Shown: in pieces, positions 9,392 to 19,621 of the stretch | How the letters are laid out: the number at the start of each line of letters is the position of its first letter | Numbering within the stretch: position 1 is the stretch's first letter | NCBI GenBank assembly: GCA_016699385.1 | Contig: CP064974.1 | Span: forward strand, 195,242-259,241 | DNA length: 64,000 nucleotides | Source: Candidatus Moraniibacteriota bacterium | GTDB lineage: Bacteria > Patescibacteriota > Minisyncoccia > Moranbacterales > UBA1568 | Reading direction: 5' to 3' | Program-made: the position numbers and the translations under genes | Notes under the pieces: generated by a model | What the model saw: the letters and a program-made list of their open reading frames with translations, nothing else | Databases searched by the model: none | What the model was told of the DNA's origin: nothing

Positions 9392-10696
9392 ATGGAAACA
9401 ACAGATAGTGTCGTTCCAACGACGGAACGATCGGATATTTCTCGTCGAAAGGTTTGTCGCCATGGCGGCGCCTCGCTCTTGTTAATGAGTTTTTTCCTCG
9501 GCGTATTCGGCGGTATTCTTGGGTGGTGGGTTGGGCCACGCGTGGCACATGATTTGAAACTCCCCATGTCGCCAGCTTTTCTGGAAATGACAAAGAATGC
9601 GGGGAATATCGGCAGTAAGGATATGTCAGCAACACTGCCGCCATCAGTGTCGTCGGAAGAGTCGCTTCTCGTTTCTCTGGTCGAGAAGAGTACTTCAGGT
9701 GTGGTAAGTGTTGTCATCTCAAAAGACGTTCCAAAATATCGCAGTTTTTTTGATGATCCAAGCTTCCCATCATTTTTCTTTGGGCGTCCATTTGGCGGTG
9801 ATGCAAATTCGAATCAAGGAGAAACCGAAAAGCAAACTATTGGTGAAGGGTCGGGATTCTTTGTGTCTTCCGACGGTACTATTGTGACCAATAAACATGT
9901 TGTCGAGGATTTGCAGGCGGATTACACAGTGATAACGAGCGACAAAAAAGAACACGTGGCTCGTGTGCTCGCTCGTGATCCGGTGCAAGATATCGCTATC
10001 CTGAAAATCGACGGAGATGGTTTCCCAGCACTTGATTTGGGTGATTCGGAGAATCTGCGCGTTGGACAAACAGCGGTGGCTATCGGAAATTCGCTCGGGG
10101 AATTTTCCAATACGGTGAGTCGTGGCATTATATCCGGACTGCAGCGGAGTCTTGTTGCGGGATCGGGAATGGGCGCTTCCGAGCGTCTCTCAGGCATTAT
10201 TCAGACGGATGCTGCTATCAATCCGGGGAATTCGGGCGGACCACTCTTGGACCTTTCGGGAAATGTGATTGGCATCAATGTTGCCATGGCACAGGGGGCG
10301 CAGAATATTGGCTTCGCAATACCGGTCAATAGCATCAAGCATGCGCTTGACGAGGTACGAAATACGGGGAAAATCTCGGCGCCCTTTCTTGGTGTCCGCT
10401 CGGTTGCGATTACGCCGGAAATTCAGAAGGCGAATAATCTTCCGTTTGCATATGGAGCGCTTATAGTTCGCGGGCAGAACATTACCGATCTCGCCGTCGT
10501 GCCTGGTTCTCCGGCGGACAAGGCGGATATCGTCGAAAATGATATTGTTCTCGAGATTGATGGAACAAAAATTGATACCGATGCTCAACTTGCTGACGTG
10601 ATTGCTTCGAAGCATGCGGGCGATACGGTGACGCTCAAAGTATGGCACAAGGGCGATACGAGAGATGTTGATGTGACGCTCGAGGAACGAAAGTGA
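9392..10696 (+). CDS. HtrA/DegP-family serine protease with PDZ domain
   Basis: GSGFFVSSDGTIVTNKHVV, DIAILKI, GNSGGPLLDLSGNVIGIN (His/Asp/Ser triad context) and a C-terminal PDZ-like region. Confidence 0.9.
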   Translation: METTDSVVPTTERSDISRRKVCRHGGASLLLMSFFLGVFGGILGWWVGPRVAHDLKLPMSPAFLEMTKNAGNIGSKDMSATLPPSVSSEESLLVSLVEKSTSGVVSVVISKDVPKYRSFFDDPSFPSFFFGRPFGGDANSNQGETEKQTIGEGSGFFVSSDGTIVTNKHVVEDLQADYTVITSDKKEHVARVLARDPVQDIAILKIDGDGFPALDLGDSENLRVGQTAVAIGNSLGEFSNTVSRGIISGLQRSLVAGSGMGASERLSGIIQTDAAINPGNSGGPLLDLSGNVIGINVAMAQGAQNIGFAIPVNSIKHALDEVRNTGKISAPFLGVRSVAITPEIQKANNLPFAYGALIVRGQNITDLAVVPGSPADKADIVENDIVLEIDGTKIDTDAQLADVIASKHAGDTVTLKVWHKGDTRDVDVTLEERK

Positions 10697-10721
10697 TGGT
10701 AGTCACTTCGTCATAAGAAAC

Positions 10722-10752
10722 AAAAAGAAGTCTTCTAGAGAGACTTCTTTTT
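10722..10752. terminator. Bidirectional intrinsic terminator (12-bp perfect stem AAAAAGAAGTCT/AGACTTCTTTTT, 7-nt loop)
   Basis: Seen between the convergent htrA-like and RND genes; A/T runs on both sides. Confidence 0.7.
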
Positions 10753-10756
10753 GAAT

Positions 10757-13700
10757 TTAGCGTGATGCTGATTTGATGGGATTCTTCTTGACCAACATCG
10801 ACGAGAGAACGGGGACGATGAGGAGGGTGAAGAAAGATGAAACGGCAAGCCCGAAGATGATGGCAGTACCGAGTGCTCGCCATAGGGCATCAGAGAGGGT
10901 GATAGGAATGAGTCCTAATATGGTGGCGAATGAAGTGATGAATATCGCTTCGATTCGAGACTTCCCGGCATCGATAATCGCTTCGGTATGTTCGAGACCG
11001 CTTGCCCAATTGAGATTCATCTTGTCTATGAGTATGATGGCGTTTTTTACGACGATGCCAAAGAGCGCGAGAATGCCGATGAGCCCCGGGAAGGAGAGGG
11101 GGACGTGGAATATCGCCATGCCAACAAAGACACCAATCATAGCAAGTGGGAGTGTTGTAAGGACGATAGCAGCTTGCTTTACAGAGTTGAATTGAATGAT
11201 AAGGGTGGCAACGATAAGTGCGATGGCAATGACGAGCGCGCGCAGGATAGAAGCGACCGACTCTTGATTCTGTTCGTTTTCACCGCCATAGGAGAGGGAA
11301 TAGCCATCAGGGAGATGATAGCTCTCCTTCACTTTTTTCTGAAAGGCAGTGAGGATTTCAGCGGGGCGGACATCGGTATTGACGCCGGCAGAGAGGAGAG
11401 CTGTCCGCTTCTGATCGATGCGAGTGATGGAATCGACGGAGGGTTTGAGTTCGATGGTAGCGAGATCACTGAGGCGAATCATATTGCCGGAGGCATTTCG
11501 AAATTCGATATTTCGCACATCATCGAGTGAAGGTATTGAGCGTTCGGCGAATCGGGCATTGACGCTGATTTCTTTGTTGTCGCGCAGGACAGTAGTGACT
11601 TCGATGCCGGAAATTGCCATGCGAAGCGTGCTCCCAACACTGGTTGCGTCGAGTCCGTAGTAGGCGAGACGGTCATGATTGAGTGTAAAGGTATAGTCGG
11701 CAGGAGCATTCTTGAGTGAGCTATTAATATTAGTCGTGCCTGGGATAGTCGCGAGAATGCCCTTGAGGTCGCGTGCGATTTCGTCGATGGTTTTCAAATC
11801 GTCACCCGATATTCGTGCTTCGAAGGCGGCTCCTGATGGAGGACCACCCTGCTGGCTTGCGATGCGGATATCGGCATCTTTGATGTCAGAGACGTCAGTG
11901 CGCAATGCGTCGGCAATCGCAGAAGATGTGCGACTCCGGTCATGCTTGTCGGAGAGTTTGATGACGATACCGGCGAGGTGTGAGGAATTTCCACTCGTGC
12001 TTCCGGTGCCATCTTGGGAAACGCCGGCATTTCCGACGACAGTAGAGAAATTCACAATTTCGGGATAGGCAAGAAGCTTGTGTTCAACCTGTTGCACGAT
12101 AGTGTTCGTCTCATCGAGTTTGAGTCCTGTGGGAGCTTCGACATTGACAAAGATGAGATCTTCATCAGATGCGGGGAAGAATTCGACGGGCACGATGCCA
12201 AGTACGGGCAATAAGACGGCGCTTATGAAGATGGCACCGGTTCCGATGAGGACAGTCCATTTGCGCCGAGTGCTCGAAAGGACGCTTCGAAGCAATCTCT
12301 CATAGGGCGGAATAATGCGATCGAAATGGATGATGCCATGGATGAATCGGTCCTTGAGGGTGCCGTTTTCGCGATTTCCTGCTTCTTTGAGACGAGTTTT
12401 TATGAGGTTTTCGTCAGCCCATTCCGCGTCGACGAGTGCGGAATTATTTGCAAGAAGAATCTTTCCTTTGCGGAGGAAATACCAGAGTAGGAGTCGTATC
12501 GCGATAATGAATGACACTCCTGCAATGGCAAATCCCCAGAAGTTTCTGAAGGAAAGACCGTATGTGCCGAGTCCAAGGAGAAAAATCGTTGCAATGATAA
12601 ACCAATTTTTGGTAAATCGAATGCGCTCAAGTGCGGCGGCAAGTGGGTGATTGATCATGAGAGCGATACCGAGAGATGCTGTCAGTGTGACAGAAACGGT
12701 GACCGGAATAGACTTGATGAATTGTCCAATAAGACCGGTTGCAAGGAGGAGCGGCAAGAATGCCCACATCGTTGTGAGCGTCGTGGTCGTGAGGACGACT
12801 TTGAAATCGCGAAGCACCAGGAGTACGGCTTCTTCTGGGGTGAATTTTCCGGTTCGGAGGTATTGTTTGGTTGCCGATACGACGACGATGGCGTCATCGA
12901 CCAGGAGTCCCATGGACAAGAGAAGGGAGAAGAGCGAGAGAAAGTTGAGGGATATACCAGAGAGAAGCATCGTGCCGAAAGTGATAAAGAAAACAAGTGG
13001 AATAGTGAGTCCGGCAATGAGCGCTTCTTTCAGTCCAACGATGAGAATAAGCGTGCCAACAACGAGCCCGACCGTGAGGAAAAAGTCGCGAGTCAGTTCG
13101 TCAAAGTTTTTGCGAATTTCTTTGGCGAGGTCGACGGTCGTCGTCCATTCTACGCCTCCGGGGAAACTCGCAGATAATTGACTCATGGTCTTCTCTGCTT
13201 CATCGACAGTTTCAATGATAGATCCGCCGGTTCGTTTTGTGATATCCAATGTGACCGCGCTTGCCGGGATTGATCCACTGATAGAGAGTCGCGAGAGAAC
13301 GGTTCGTTTTATGGCACGTTCTTCTACGGTAGCGATATCCTTGAGGAGTACTGCACCGCCATTTGCTGAAAATCGAATGGGAATATTTCCGAGGGTGTCT
13401 GCGTTGAAGAATCGCGCATCGGTTCGCACGGGGTAGGAGAATCGCGACCCGTCGAAAGTACCGGCGGGAACGGCGCGATTGGTAAGAGCGATAGCGCGAT
13501 TGGCTTCGTCGGGGGAGATGCCAAGTGCGGAGAGTTTTGCCGGATCGTAGGCGACGGAGAATTCGCGTTCATCACCGCCGGAGACTTTTACTTCTCGGAC
13601 GCCGGGGATTTTCTTGAGTTCATCACTTGCGGTGTCGGCGAGTGATCGAAGAGCGAGCCCGTCGATTGGACCGGAGAGGGCGATAGTGAGTATTGGCTGA

Positions 13701-14197
13701 TCATCAAAAGAGACTTCCTTAACGGAAGGGTCATTGGCGTCGTCAGGGAGATCACTCTTTACTTCAGAGACCGCATCGCGAAGATTGCGAATAGCATCGT
13801 CAATCGGTTCGTTTGCTTCATATTCAACCGTGACCAATGAGAGGGAATTTGCGGAATTCGAAGTAATCTTTTTGATACCGGAGAGCCCACTAATCTTTGT
13901 CTCTATCTTTTTGGTGACGAGTTCTTCGACATCCGACGGCGAAGCGCCTGGGAACGGCGTAATGACGATGCCGACCGGAATTTTTATTTCCGGATTGGAT
14001 TCGCGCGGAAGCTGGAAGAATGACCAAAGTCCCCAGATGGTGATGGCGGTAATGAGGAGGAGAATGACCCGAGGGCGCGTGACGAAGAAATTGAAAGCGC
14101 TTTTTCGGAGTGCCGGATCAAACTCGAGTTTTCTCAGGTATTCCGAATCGGAAGAGGTATCGTGTGAAGTATTTTTGGACATAGCGTGGACCGTCAT
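10757..14197 (-). CDS. RND efflux transporter permease (AcrB/HAE1 family)
   Basis: 1146 aa, 12-TM topology with large periplasmic loops, characteristic AcrB-like motifs. Confidence 0.9.
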   Translation of the reverse strand: MTVHAMSKNTSHDTSSDSEYLRKLEFDPALRKSAFNFFVTRPRVILLLITAITIWGLWSFFQLPRESNPEIKIPVGIVITPFPGASPSDVEELVTKKIETKISGLSGIKKITSNSANSLSLVTVEYEANEPIDDAIRNLRDAVSEVKSDLPDDANDPSVKEVSFDDQPILTIALSGPIDGLALRSLADTASDELKKIPGVREVKVSGGDEREFSVAYDPAKLSALGISPDEANRAIALTNRAVPAGTFDGSRFSYPVRTDARFFNADTLGNIPIRFSANGGAVLLKDIATVEERAIKRTVLSRLSISGSIPASAVTLDITKRTGGSIIETVDEAEKTMSQLSASFPGGVEWTTTVDLAKEIRKNFDELTRDFFLTVGLVVGTLILIVGLKEALIAGLTIPLVFFITFGTMLLSGISLNFLSLFSLLLSMGLLVDDAIVVVSATKQYLRTGKFTPEEAVLLVLRDFKVVLTTTTLTTMWAFLPLLLATGLIGQFIKSIPVTVSVTLTASLGIALMINHPLAAALERIRFTKNWFIIATIFLLGLGTYGLSFRNFWGFAIAGVSFIIAIRLLLWYFLRKGKILLANNSALVDAEWADENLIKTRLKEAGNRENGTLKDRFIHGIIHFDRIIPPYERLLRSVLSSTRRKWTVLIGTGAIFISAVLLPVLGIVPVEFFPASDEDLIFVNVEAPTGLKLDETNTIVQQVEHKLLAYPEIVNFSTVVGNAGVSQDGTGSTSGNSSHLAGIVIKLSDKHDRSRTSSAIADALRTDVSDIKDADIRIASQQGGPPSGAAFEARISGDDLKTIDEIARDLKGILATIPGTTNINSSLKNAPADYTFTLNHDRLAYYGLDATSVGSTLRMAISGIEVTTVLRDNKEISVNARFAERSIPSLDDVRNIEFRNASGNMIRLSDLATIELKPSVDSITRIDQKRTALLSAGVNTDVRPAEILTAFQKKVKESYHLPDGYSLSYGGENEQNQESVASILRALVIAIALIVATLIIQFNSVKQAAIVLTTLPLAMIGVFVGMAIFHVPLSFPGLIGILALFGIVVKNAIILIDKMNLNWASGLEHTEAIIDAGKSRIEAIFITSFATILGLIPITLSDALWRALGTAIIFGLAVSSFFTLLIVPVLSSMLVKKNPIKSASR

Positions 14198-14256
14198 GAA
14201 GATGAAGAATGAAATCTGTACGAAATATCTCGTGTCTGGGTTGTTTCAACACGCTC

Positions 14257-15366
14257 CTATTCCTCGGTACTTACGGAGACCCCTTCTTCGAGAATTCTTC
14301 CGCTTTCAATGATGATGTTTGTGTCGTCCGAGATGTCTGCCGAGACAATGCCTGTTTCACCAGAGACGGTCACAGAAGTGGCGATAACTTTTTTTGCTTT
14401 GCCCTCTTCTTCGATAAAGAAAAACGATCCATCTTGTCCGGTCGTGATGGCGGAAAGCGGAAGGGAAAATGTGGAAACGTTGGTCAAAGCACGCTCTGTT
14501 TTGAGGGTCACTGTTGCTATGGATCCTGCACGGAGACTTTTGTCTGAGAGTTTCGCTTCGATGGGGAATTTCCCAGTACTGGAATCAGCGATGGCGCCGA
14601 GAGAAATGATACGTGCTTCGGATGAAACATTTCCCGAGGTCACTGTAATCGTGTCGCTAAGCGCAAGTGCGTGTCGTGTGTCGGTAGACACCTGGAATCG
14701 TATCTTGGGCGCCGTGCCGGAAGCGATGGTTGCAAGTGTGGTGCCAGGTGAGACTGTGCTCCCAACAGCAACATTTTTCTCTGAAATGATGCCGGAGAGT
14801 GTTGCTCGGACAAGGGCACTGTTGCGAGCGTTGTCGAGTGCTATGGTTGCGCTTTCGAGACGAAGCTTTGCGAGGTTTCGTGCGAGTGTATTGGCAGTGC
14901 TCTTTGTGCTGTCCTTTTCAGTGAGGCGAGCGGCATCCTTGTAGGCTTTATTGGCAAGGGACACGGCAATTTCTGCCTGTCGGATAGTCTCTGATAGTAA
15001 GCCGTCTTTTGAAACGGCAGACCCAAAGGGCGTGTCGATGCGGAAGAGCATCGATCCGAGTGCGACAGTGCTACCAACCTCGAATGGGGCAGAGGAAATA
15101 GTACCGGAAGTAGTAGCAAGGAGAGTGGTTTCATTTTCGGGGACAATGACACCGGGAAGATGGTCTTCGGTAGTGGTGCTTTTGAGATCGCGCGCTTTTT
15201 TGGCGGTGACCTGAAGAGGAGTTATTTCATCGGTTTTCAAGGTTTCTTCTTGGCTTTTTGAAGTATTCTTTTGTGAGAGAAAGACCCAGACACTGCCGAT
15301 GATAATGAGGAGTATTGTAAAGATCCAGAGAGTTGATCGTCGCGATTGTGGCATTGGAAACGGCAT
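14257..15366 (-). CDS. RND efflux periplasmic adaptor (membrane fusion protein, HlyD family)
   Basis: N-terminal TM, coiled-coil and beta-barrel regions; directly upstream of the RND permease in the same orientation. Confidence 0.8.
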   Translation of the reverse strand: MPFPMPQSRRSTLWIFTILLIIIGSVWVFLSQKNTSKSQEETLKTDEITPLQVTAKKARDLKSTTTEDHLPGVIVPENETTLLATTSGTISSAPFEVGSTVALGSMLFRIDTPFGSAVSKDGLLSETIRQAEIAVSLANKAYKDAARLTEKDSTKSTANTLARNLAKLRLESATIALDNARNSALVRATLSGIISEKNVAVGSTVSPGTTLATIASGTAPKIRFQVSTDTRHALALSDTITVTSGNVSSEARIISLGAIADSSTGKFPIEAKLSDKSLRAGSIATVTLKTERALTNVSTFSLPLSAITTGQDGSFFFIEEEGKAKKVIATSVTVSGETGIVSADISDDTNIIIESGRILEEGVSVSTEE

Positions 15367-15512
15367 AGGAGTTTCGGCTTAAAAACAAATAAATATTCTT
15401 TGAACAATCTGCCCATTATCCTCGAAATAATCTACTTTGTCAAGATGGGGCGCCTTTTTATGAGGGCGGATATGTTTGACGAAAAGAGATTTTTTTGGTA
15501 TAGCAGTGGAAT

Positions 15513-15818
15513 ATGTCTTCGAAATTTTTTCAAAAACGCGTTGAGGATTTCTCGTGCGGGCATTGCGCTGCTGCTGTATCGGGGGATGGCTATACCAATC
15601 ACTGCCCGCATTGCCTGTGGAGTCGGCATGTCGACATCCATCCCGGTGATAGGCTGTCGAGATGTGGCGAGCTTATGGAACCCGTTTCAGCATTCCTCGA
15701 GCATGGCGAGTGGCAGGTACAGCACCACTGTCTCTCTTGTGGATACGAAAAAAAGAACCGCCTCGCAGCGGACGATGATATGAGTGTACTTGCCAAAATT
15801 GTTCACGGGGAGAAATAA
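15513..15818 (+). CDS. RNHCP domain-containing protein
   Basis: Motif YTNHCPHCLWSRH plus flanking CxxC pairs (CGHC...CLSCGYEKKNRL). Confidence 0.75.
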   Translation: MSSKFFQKRVEDFSCGHCAAAVSGDGYTNHCPHCLWSRHVDIHPGDRLSRCGELMEPVSAFLEHGEWQVQHHCLSCGYEKKNRLAADDDMSVLAKIVHGEK

Positions 15819-16182
15819 AAAGCTCCCGATGTGATTTGTGGGAGTGGCAGCGATTGGGAATGCCATGGGAATCACATCGGGAGAAGATCTTCACGCTTGG
15901 GAGAAGGCATTGGCTGCGTGAAAGATTGGTTTGAAATCCTGAACATTGTCAGGATTCCGGAATTGGTCGGGCGGACACGGACGCATTTCGCTCGTCGCTA
16001 CTTTGCATGTATTCCCGCGCCGCCCGGAGAACTGCAAGGATGGGTTGTTCCTTGCAGGGAACTTCACCCCAGATAGGGTTTGTCTGGGGTTCTTCTGTTG
16101 CCTTTGTAATCTCTGGACAGCACTTAAAGAGAACACAAAGACGTGTAGAAGCCTAGGTTGTTAAAGATTTAATACTACCTTT

Positions 16183-17853
16183 CTACTGTACATTTTCTGT
16201 GGCGTCAAGTGGTATGGGGAGGCGCCACTGCCAGGGGTGGTTGGGAATTTTGAAAAATTCGGCATTGTCGGGGGCGCTTTTGTCGAGTTTGTAGTGGATG
16301 TGTTGCAGGGTCTTTCCTTGCGGGTCGCGCAGTTCTATATATTGCCTCGTATTGCCAAGGGTGAAGGCAGATTCTTGATGGGTGAGTGTTTTCGACTCGC
16401 CGGGTTTGAGAAGAAAGTCTTCGTGTATAACGTGGTTTGTGAAATTCTTTGTGGTGCGTTTGGATTTGGTGGAAATGCTCCACTTCTTCAGGTTGACATT
16501 TTTCTTTGATTTGTTTTGGACGAGAATCGACTCTCGGTTGGTATCGGCGCCTTGGGGGTTTGGCATGAGAGAAACAATGCGGACTTTTGGCGCGACATAT
16601 TTCTCAATTTTGACGTGGAATGTTTTCGTTTTGTCGGCGATGCCGTCGGTGTAGGTGAGCTTCACGGTGTATCGTCCGGTCTTGGCAAAAGTATGCATTG
16701 TGTCTTTCTTGTAGCTCTTGTGTCCGTCACCGAAATCCCATACGACTTTGGTTTTGTCGCGGTCTTTATCGCGAATCTTTGCGGTGAATTCCAGAGAGAT
16801 TTTTGCGAAGCCTTCCTTCGGAACGGATGTTTTGGCGGAGGGGTCGTTGCCAAATCGGTTTGCTTCGCCGGGGGTGAGGAATTTGGTATTGCGCCAGGCA
16901 CTACCGTCTCGGGCGAGTGAGATGTTTTCGTGAGTTGTGTCCCAAGAAATGCTGTCGGATTTGGTGCCGGTTGCATCTTCGAGCGTGACGGTTTCATGGC
17001 TATTGTTGAGCGCAAAGATGAAGTCGGGGCGGAAGATGGTAAGGAAAGCGTTTGGCTCGATGGCACTTTTGGTGGGGAAAGTGTATTTCCCGGTTTTGGA
17101 GGCGTCGCGAAGCGTCCACTTGGAGAGATCGACGGTTTTACTGCTTCGGTTTTCGAGTTCGATGAATTCGTTTTTTGATTCGTCTCCTTTTGGATTGGCG
17201 AGAATCTCGGAGAGGACAATATGCGCATCACCCACATGGTCTTTGGATGCGCCACAAAAATCGACAGATGTGTGGGAGGAGGTTTGCCTGGTTGGCAGAA
17301 AAGCTTTTTCAATGCTTGGCGCATTTGTTTTAGATATTCGGACAATCATCTCGTGAGCTTCGGGATTTCGAACATTCGGTTCGTCGCTTCGGAATGGTTT
17401 GTTCACGATGCCCCATGAGAGGGAATCGACGATTGCGTCATCTGTATCGAGGAGGGCGAGAGAGTTGTTGTCTGTGAGCGTTGCCGTGCTTGATTCTGTT
17501 GCGTGCAGGGTACTCGCAAAACTGTTTGCGGAATTTGCCCAGAGGAGTGTCGCACCAGGTGGCAACGTGTTCGATGTGTCGCCGAATACTTTGACGGATG
17601 ACTCACTGCCACTCCCGATTCGTTTTCGGAGTTTCCAGCCGGAGAGGTCGAGCGCACAGTCTTCATCGTTTCGTATTTCTATGAAGTCTTCGGAAGTGGT
17701 GTCGCCTGAAGTCTGGACGGTTCGTATAAAGACATTCCAAGAGTTTTCTTGTGCTTCGGCGATTTCAGTGAGAACAAAAAAAGCGCTTCCGAGCGATATC
17801 GCGAGAAGGGCGCTCTGTTTTATATAGGCGGAGAATGCTGTGCGAGCAGTCAT
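16183..17853 (-). CDS. Secreted protein with three lamin-tail domain (LTD) repeats and a PKD domain
   Basis: Signal peptide; LTD-like repeats EDFIEIRNDEDCALDLSGWKL, NEFIELENRSSKTVDLSKWTL and ESILVQNKSKKNVNLKKWSI; PKD signature VVWDFGDGHKSYKKDTMHTFAKTGRYTVKLTYTDG. Confidence 0.8.
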   Translation of the reverse strand: MTARTAFSAYIKQSALLAISLGSAFFVLTEIAEAQENSWNVFIRTVQTSGDTTSEDFIEIRNDEDCALDLSGWKLRKRIGSGSESSVKVFGDTSNTLPPGATLLWANSANSFASTLHATESSTATLTDNNSLALLDTDDAIVDSLSWGIVNKPFRSDEPNVRNPEAHEMIVRISKTNAPSIEKAFLPTRQTSSHTSVDFCGASKDHVGDAHIVLSEILANPKGDESKNEFIELENRSSKTVDLSKWTLRDASKTGKYTFPTKSAIEPNAFLTIFRPDFIFALNNSHETVTLEDATGTKSDSISWDTTHENISLARDGSAWRNTKFLTPGEANRFGNDPSAKTSVPKEGFAKISLEFTAKIRDKDRDKTKVVWDFGDGHKSYKKDTMHTFAKTGRYTVKLTYTDGIADKTKTFHVKIEKYVAPKVRIVSLMPNPQGADTNRESILVQNKSKKNVNLKKWSISTKSKRTTKNFTNHVIHEDFLLKPGESKTLTHQESAFTLGNTRQYIELRDPQGKTLQHIHYKLDKSAPDNAEFFKIPNHPWQWRLPIPLDATENVQ

Positions 17854-17996
17854 AGGTTAGAAGAGTCGTTTCAGGAAAGCAGTGAGTGTATCTTCAGTAT
17901 TTCGAATTTTCTGGACATAGTAGCAACTGTTCTTGTTTTGTCAATATTCTGGTATACTTCCCCTAGGAGGTTGAAAGAGACTTTTTATATACGCGT

Positions 17997-18344
17997 ATGA
18001 CTGAGACAACACAAGAATCAGCTGGAGGAACTCAGAAAGATGCGAAGCCATCGTGGGTTTCGTTGTTGCTTGATATGGTCTCACGACACGCCAAGGAAGT
18101 TGTCGGCGGAGCACTTGCGATTGCCGGCACAGTCGAAGGGGATATTCGCGCATTCATTATGCGGTTTATCCGAGAGATTGTGCTGGGCATGGTGTTTCTC
18201 TTGATCGGATTTGGGTTTGTTGTGTTTGGTCTCGGAATGGCATTGGTCGAGGTGTTTCGTCTCGGACCATCGGCAGGACCGCTCGTTGTGGGGACGCTCT
18301 TCGTTGCAACGGGCGCACTTCTCTTGATGTTTTCCCGACGGTAA
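17997..18344 (+). CDS. YqjE-like (DUF1469 / holin-X family) small inner-membrane protein
   Basis: 115 aa, two predicted TM helices, immediately upstream of a DUF883 gene as in the E. coli yqjD-yqjE arrangement. Assignment by architecture and context. Confidence 0.45.
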   Translation: MTETTQESAGGTQKDAKPSWVSLLLDMVSRHAKEVVGGALAIAGTVEGDIRAFIMRFIREIVLGMVFLLIGFGFVVFGLGMALVEVFRLGPSAGPLVVGTLFVATGALLLMFSRR

Positions 18345-18416
18345 AGGTGGTAGCACAAGAATGCGCGTGGCAGGTTCTATTCTTCACAGAAGTATTAATG
18401 TTAATATCACTATCCT

Positions 18417-18653
18417 ATGAATGATTTTATGGATCGAGCAAAGAAAGAAGTTGGAAAAGCGTCGGAGAAAGCTGGTGAGATGCGAGACACCGTCGTCGAG
18501 AAGGCGGGACAAGCGCGGGAGAAAATCGCCGAAACAGCGGATGATGCGCGGGAGTATGTCAAGGAAAATCCTGTTAAATCAACCGGCATAGCCCTCGGTG
18601 TTGGCGCTGCCATAGGAGCCATTGTCGGCTTCTTCACCGGGAGGAAGAAATAG
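18417..18653 (+). CDS. DUF883 family protein (ElaB/YqjD/YgaM-like ribosome-associated membrane-anchored protein)
   Basis: Charged helical N-terminus and C-terminal anchor ENPVKSTGIALGVGAAIGAIVGFFTGRKK, typical of ElaB/YqjD. Confidence 0.75.
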   Translation: MNDFMDRAKKEVGKASEKAGEMRDTVVEKAGQAREKIAETADDAREYVKENPVKSTGIALGVGAAIGAIVGFFTGRKK

Positions 18654-18684
18654 TTCTCTCGTTATCATGGATTTGACACGAACC

Positions 18685-18708
18685 TTCTCTTCGGAGAGGG
18701 TTTTTGTT
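18685..18708 (+). terminator. Intrinsic terminator (CTCT-UUCG-AGAG stem-loop extended by G-U pairs, then TTTTT)
   Basis: Seen directly downstream of the DUF883 gene. Confidence 0.5.
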
Positions 18709-18719
18709 ATTATGAGGAC

Positions 18720-19580
18720 ATGAATGAATTTTTCAAAAATCCGTGGACGTGGCTTCTCGTTCTGTTTGTGTTGGTTTCGGGGGGTGTGGGCATCTTCTTG
18801 TTTCGGGGAGATTCAGCAAGAGTGGTTGAGAACGAAATGCGAGATACGTCGGCGAACGCGACAAGTGAGGTGCTTTCACAAGAGGACTCCGCGGGTATTG
18901 TCGAGAAGCTCGAAGCGGGAAATGCGATGCCGAGAGAAGCGGAGAGTGGTGATAATGCGGCTAGCGCATCTAATCAAGCAATGCCAAATGAACAAGAATC
19001 TGCTTCGTCGCCAGCTTCAGCAATGGAAGTACCAACATCATCGCCGGAAGTGGCAGCGCCTTCACAGGAGCAGGAGGTAGCTGTGTCGAAACAGGATTCG
19101 GGCGGAAAATTCTCGATAGAGAATCGACTCGTATCATGGGGATTTACCAAGGCGAGCGGGCGGACAATTGATACGGTGGTCGTTCACTCGACCTACAATG
19201 CGACGGGTGGCGACCCATTCTCGGTTTCGAAAATTATTGATATCTACAAGAGCTATGGTGTGTCGCCGCATTATCTGGTCGCGCGAGATGGCGCGGTGTA
19301 TCGCATGGTTGAAGAAAAGAATATTGCCTACCATGCAGGGGATTCCGAGATGCCCGACGGTCGGACGAATGTGAATGCGTTTTCGATTGGCATCGAAGTA
19401 ATTGGGAAGGATAACGGCAGCCCGAGTGATGCGCAGTATGTCTCGCTCAAAAAACTTCTTGCCGATATCAAGAGTCGAAATAGCATCAAACATATCGTGG
19501 GACACAGTGATATCGCGCCGGGAAGAAAGACTGATCCGTGGGGATTTGATTGGAAAAAGATAGGTGGAAAAATTTTGTAG
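18720..19580 (+). CDS. N-acetylmuramoyl-L-alanine amidase (Amidase_2/PGRP domain), membrane anchored with low-complexity linker
   Basis: TVVVHSTYNAT...HYLVARDGAVYRMVEEKNIAYHAG...HSDIAPGRKTDPWGFDW matches the amidase_2 zinc-binding pattern. Confidence 0.85.
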   Translation: MNEFFKNPWTWLLVLFVLVSGGVGIFLFRGDSARVVENEMRDTSANATSEVLSQEDSAGIVEKLEAGNAMPREAESGDNAASASNQAMPNEQESASSPASAMEVPTSSPEVAAPSQEQEVAVSKQDSGGKFSIENRLVSWGFTKASGRTIDTVVVHSTYNATGGDPFSVSKIIDIYKSYGVSPHYLVARDGAVYRMVEEKNIAYHAGDSEMPDGRTNVNAFSIGIEVIGKDNGSPSDAQYVSLKKLLADIKSRNSIKHIVGHSDIAPGRKTDPWGFDWKKIGGKIL

Positions 19581-19621
19581 AGACGCAAGATTTTGCGTCT
19601 TTCGGTATTTGGATTTTTATG

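Noticed and set aside
10773-14197. Many plus-strand ORFs (for example 10988..11530, 12647..13177, 13734..14312) overlapping the RND permease gene
   Set aside because: Antisense shadow ORFs inside a 1146-aa conserved transporter gene, with low-complexity composition.
16205-17827. Plus- and minus-strand alternative-frame ORFs within the lamin-tail/PKD gene (16662..17345 and others)
   Set aside because: They overlap a gene with clear domain repeats and have no independent signals.
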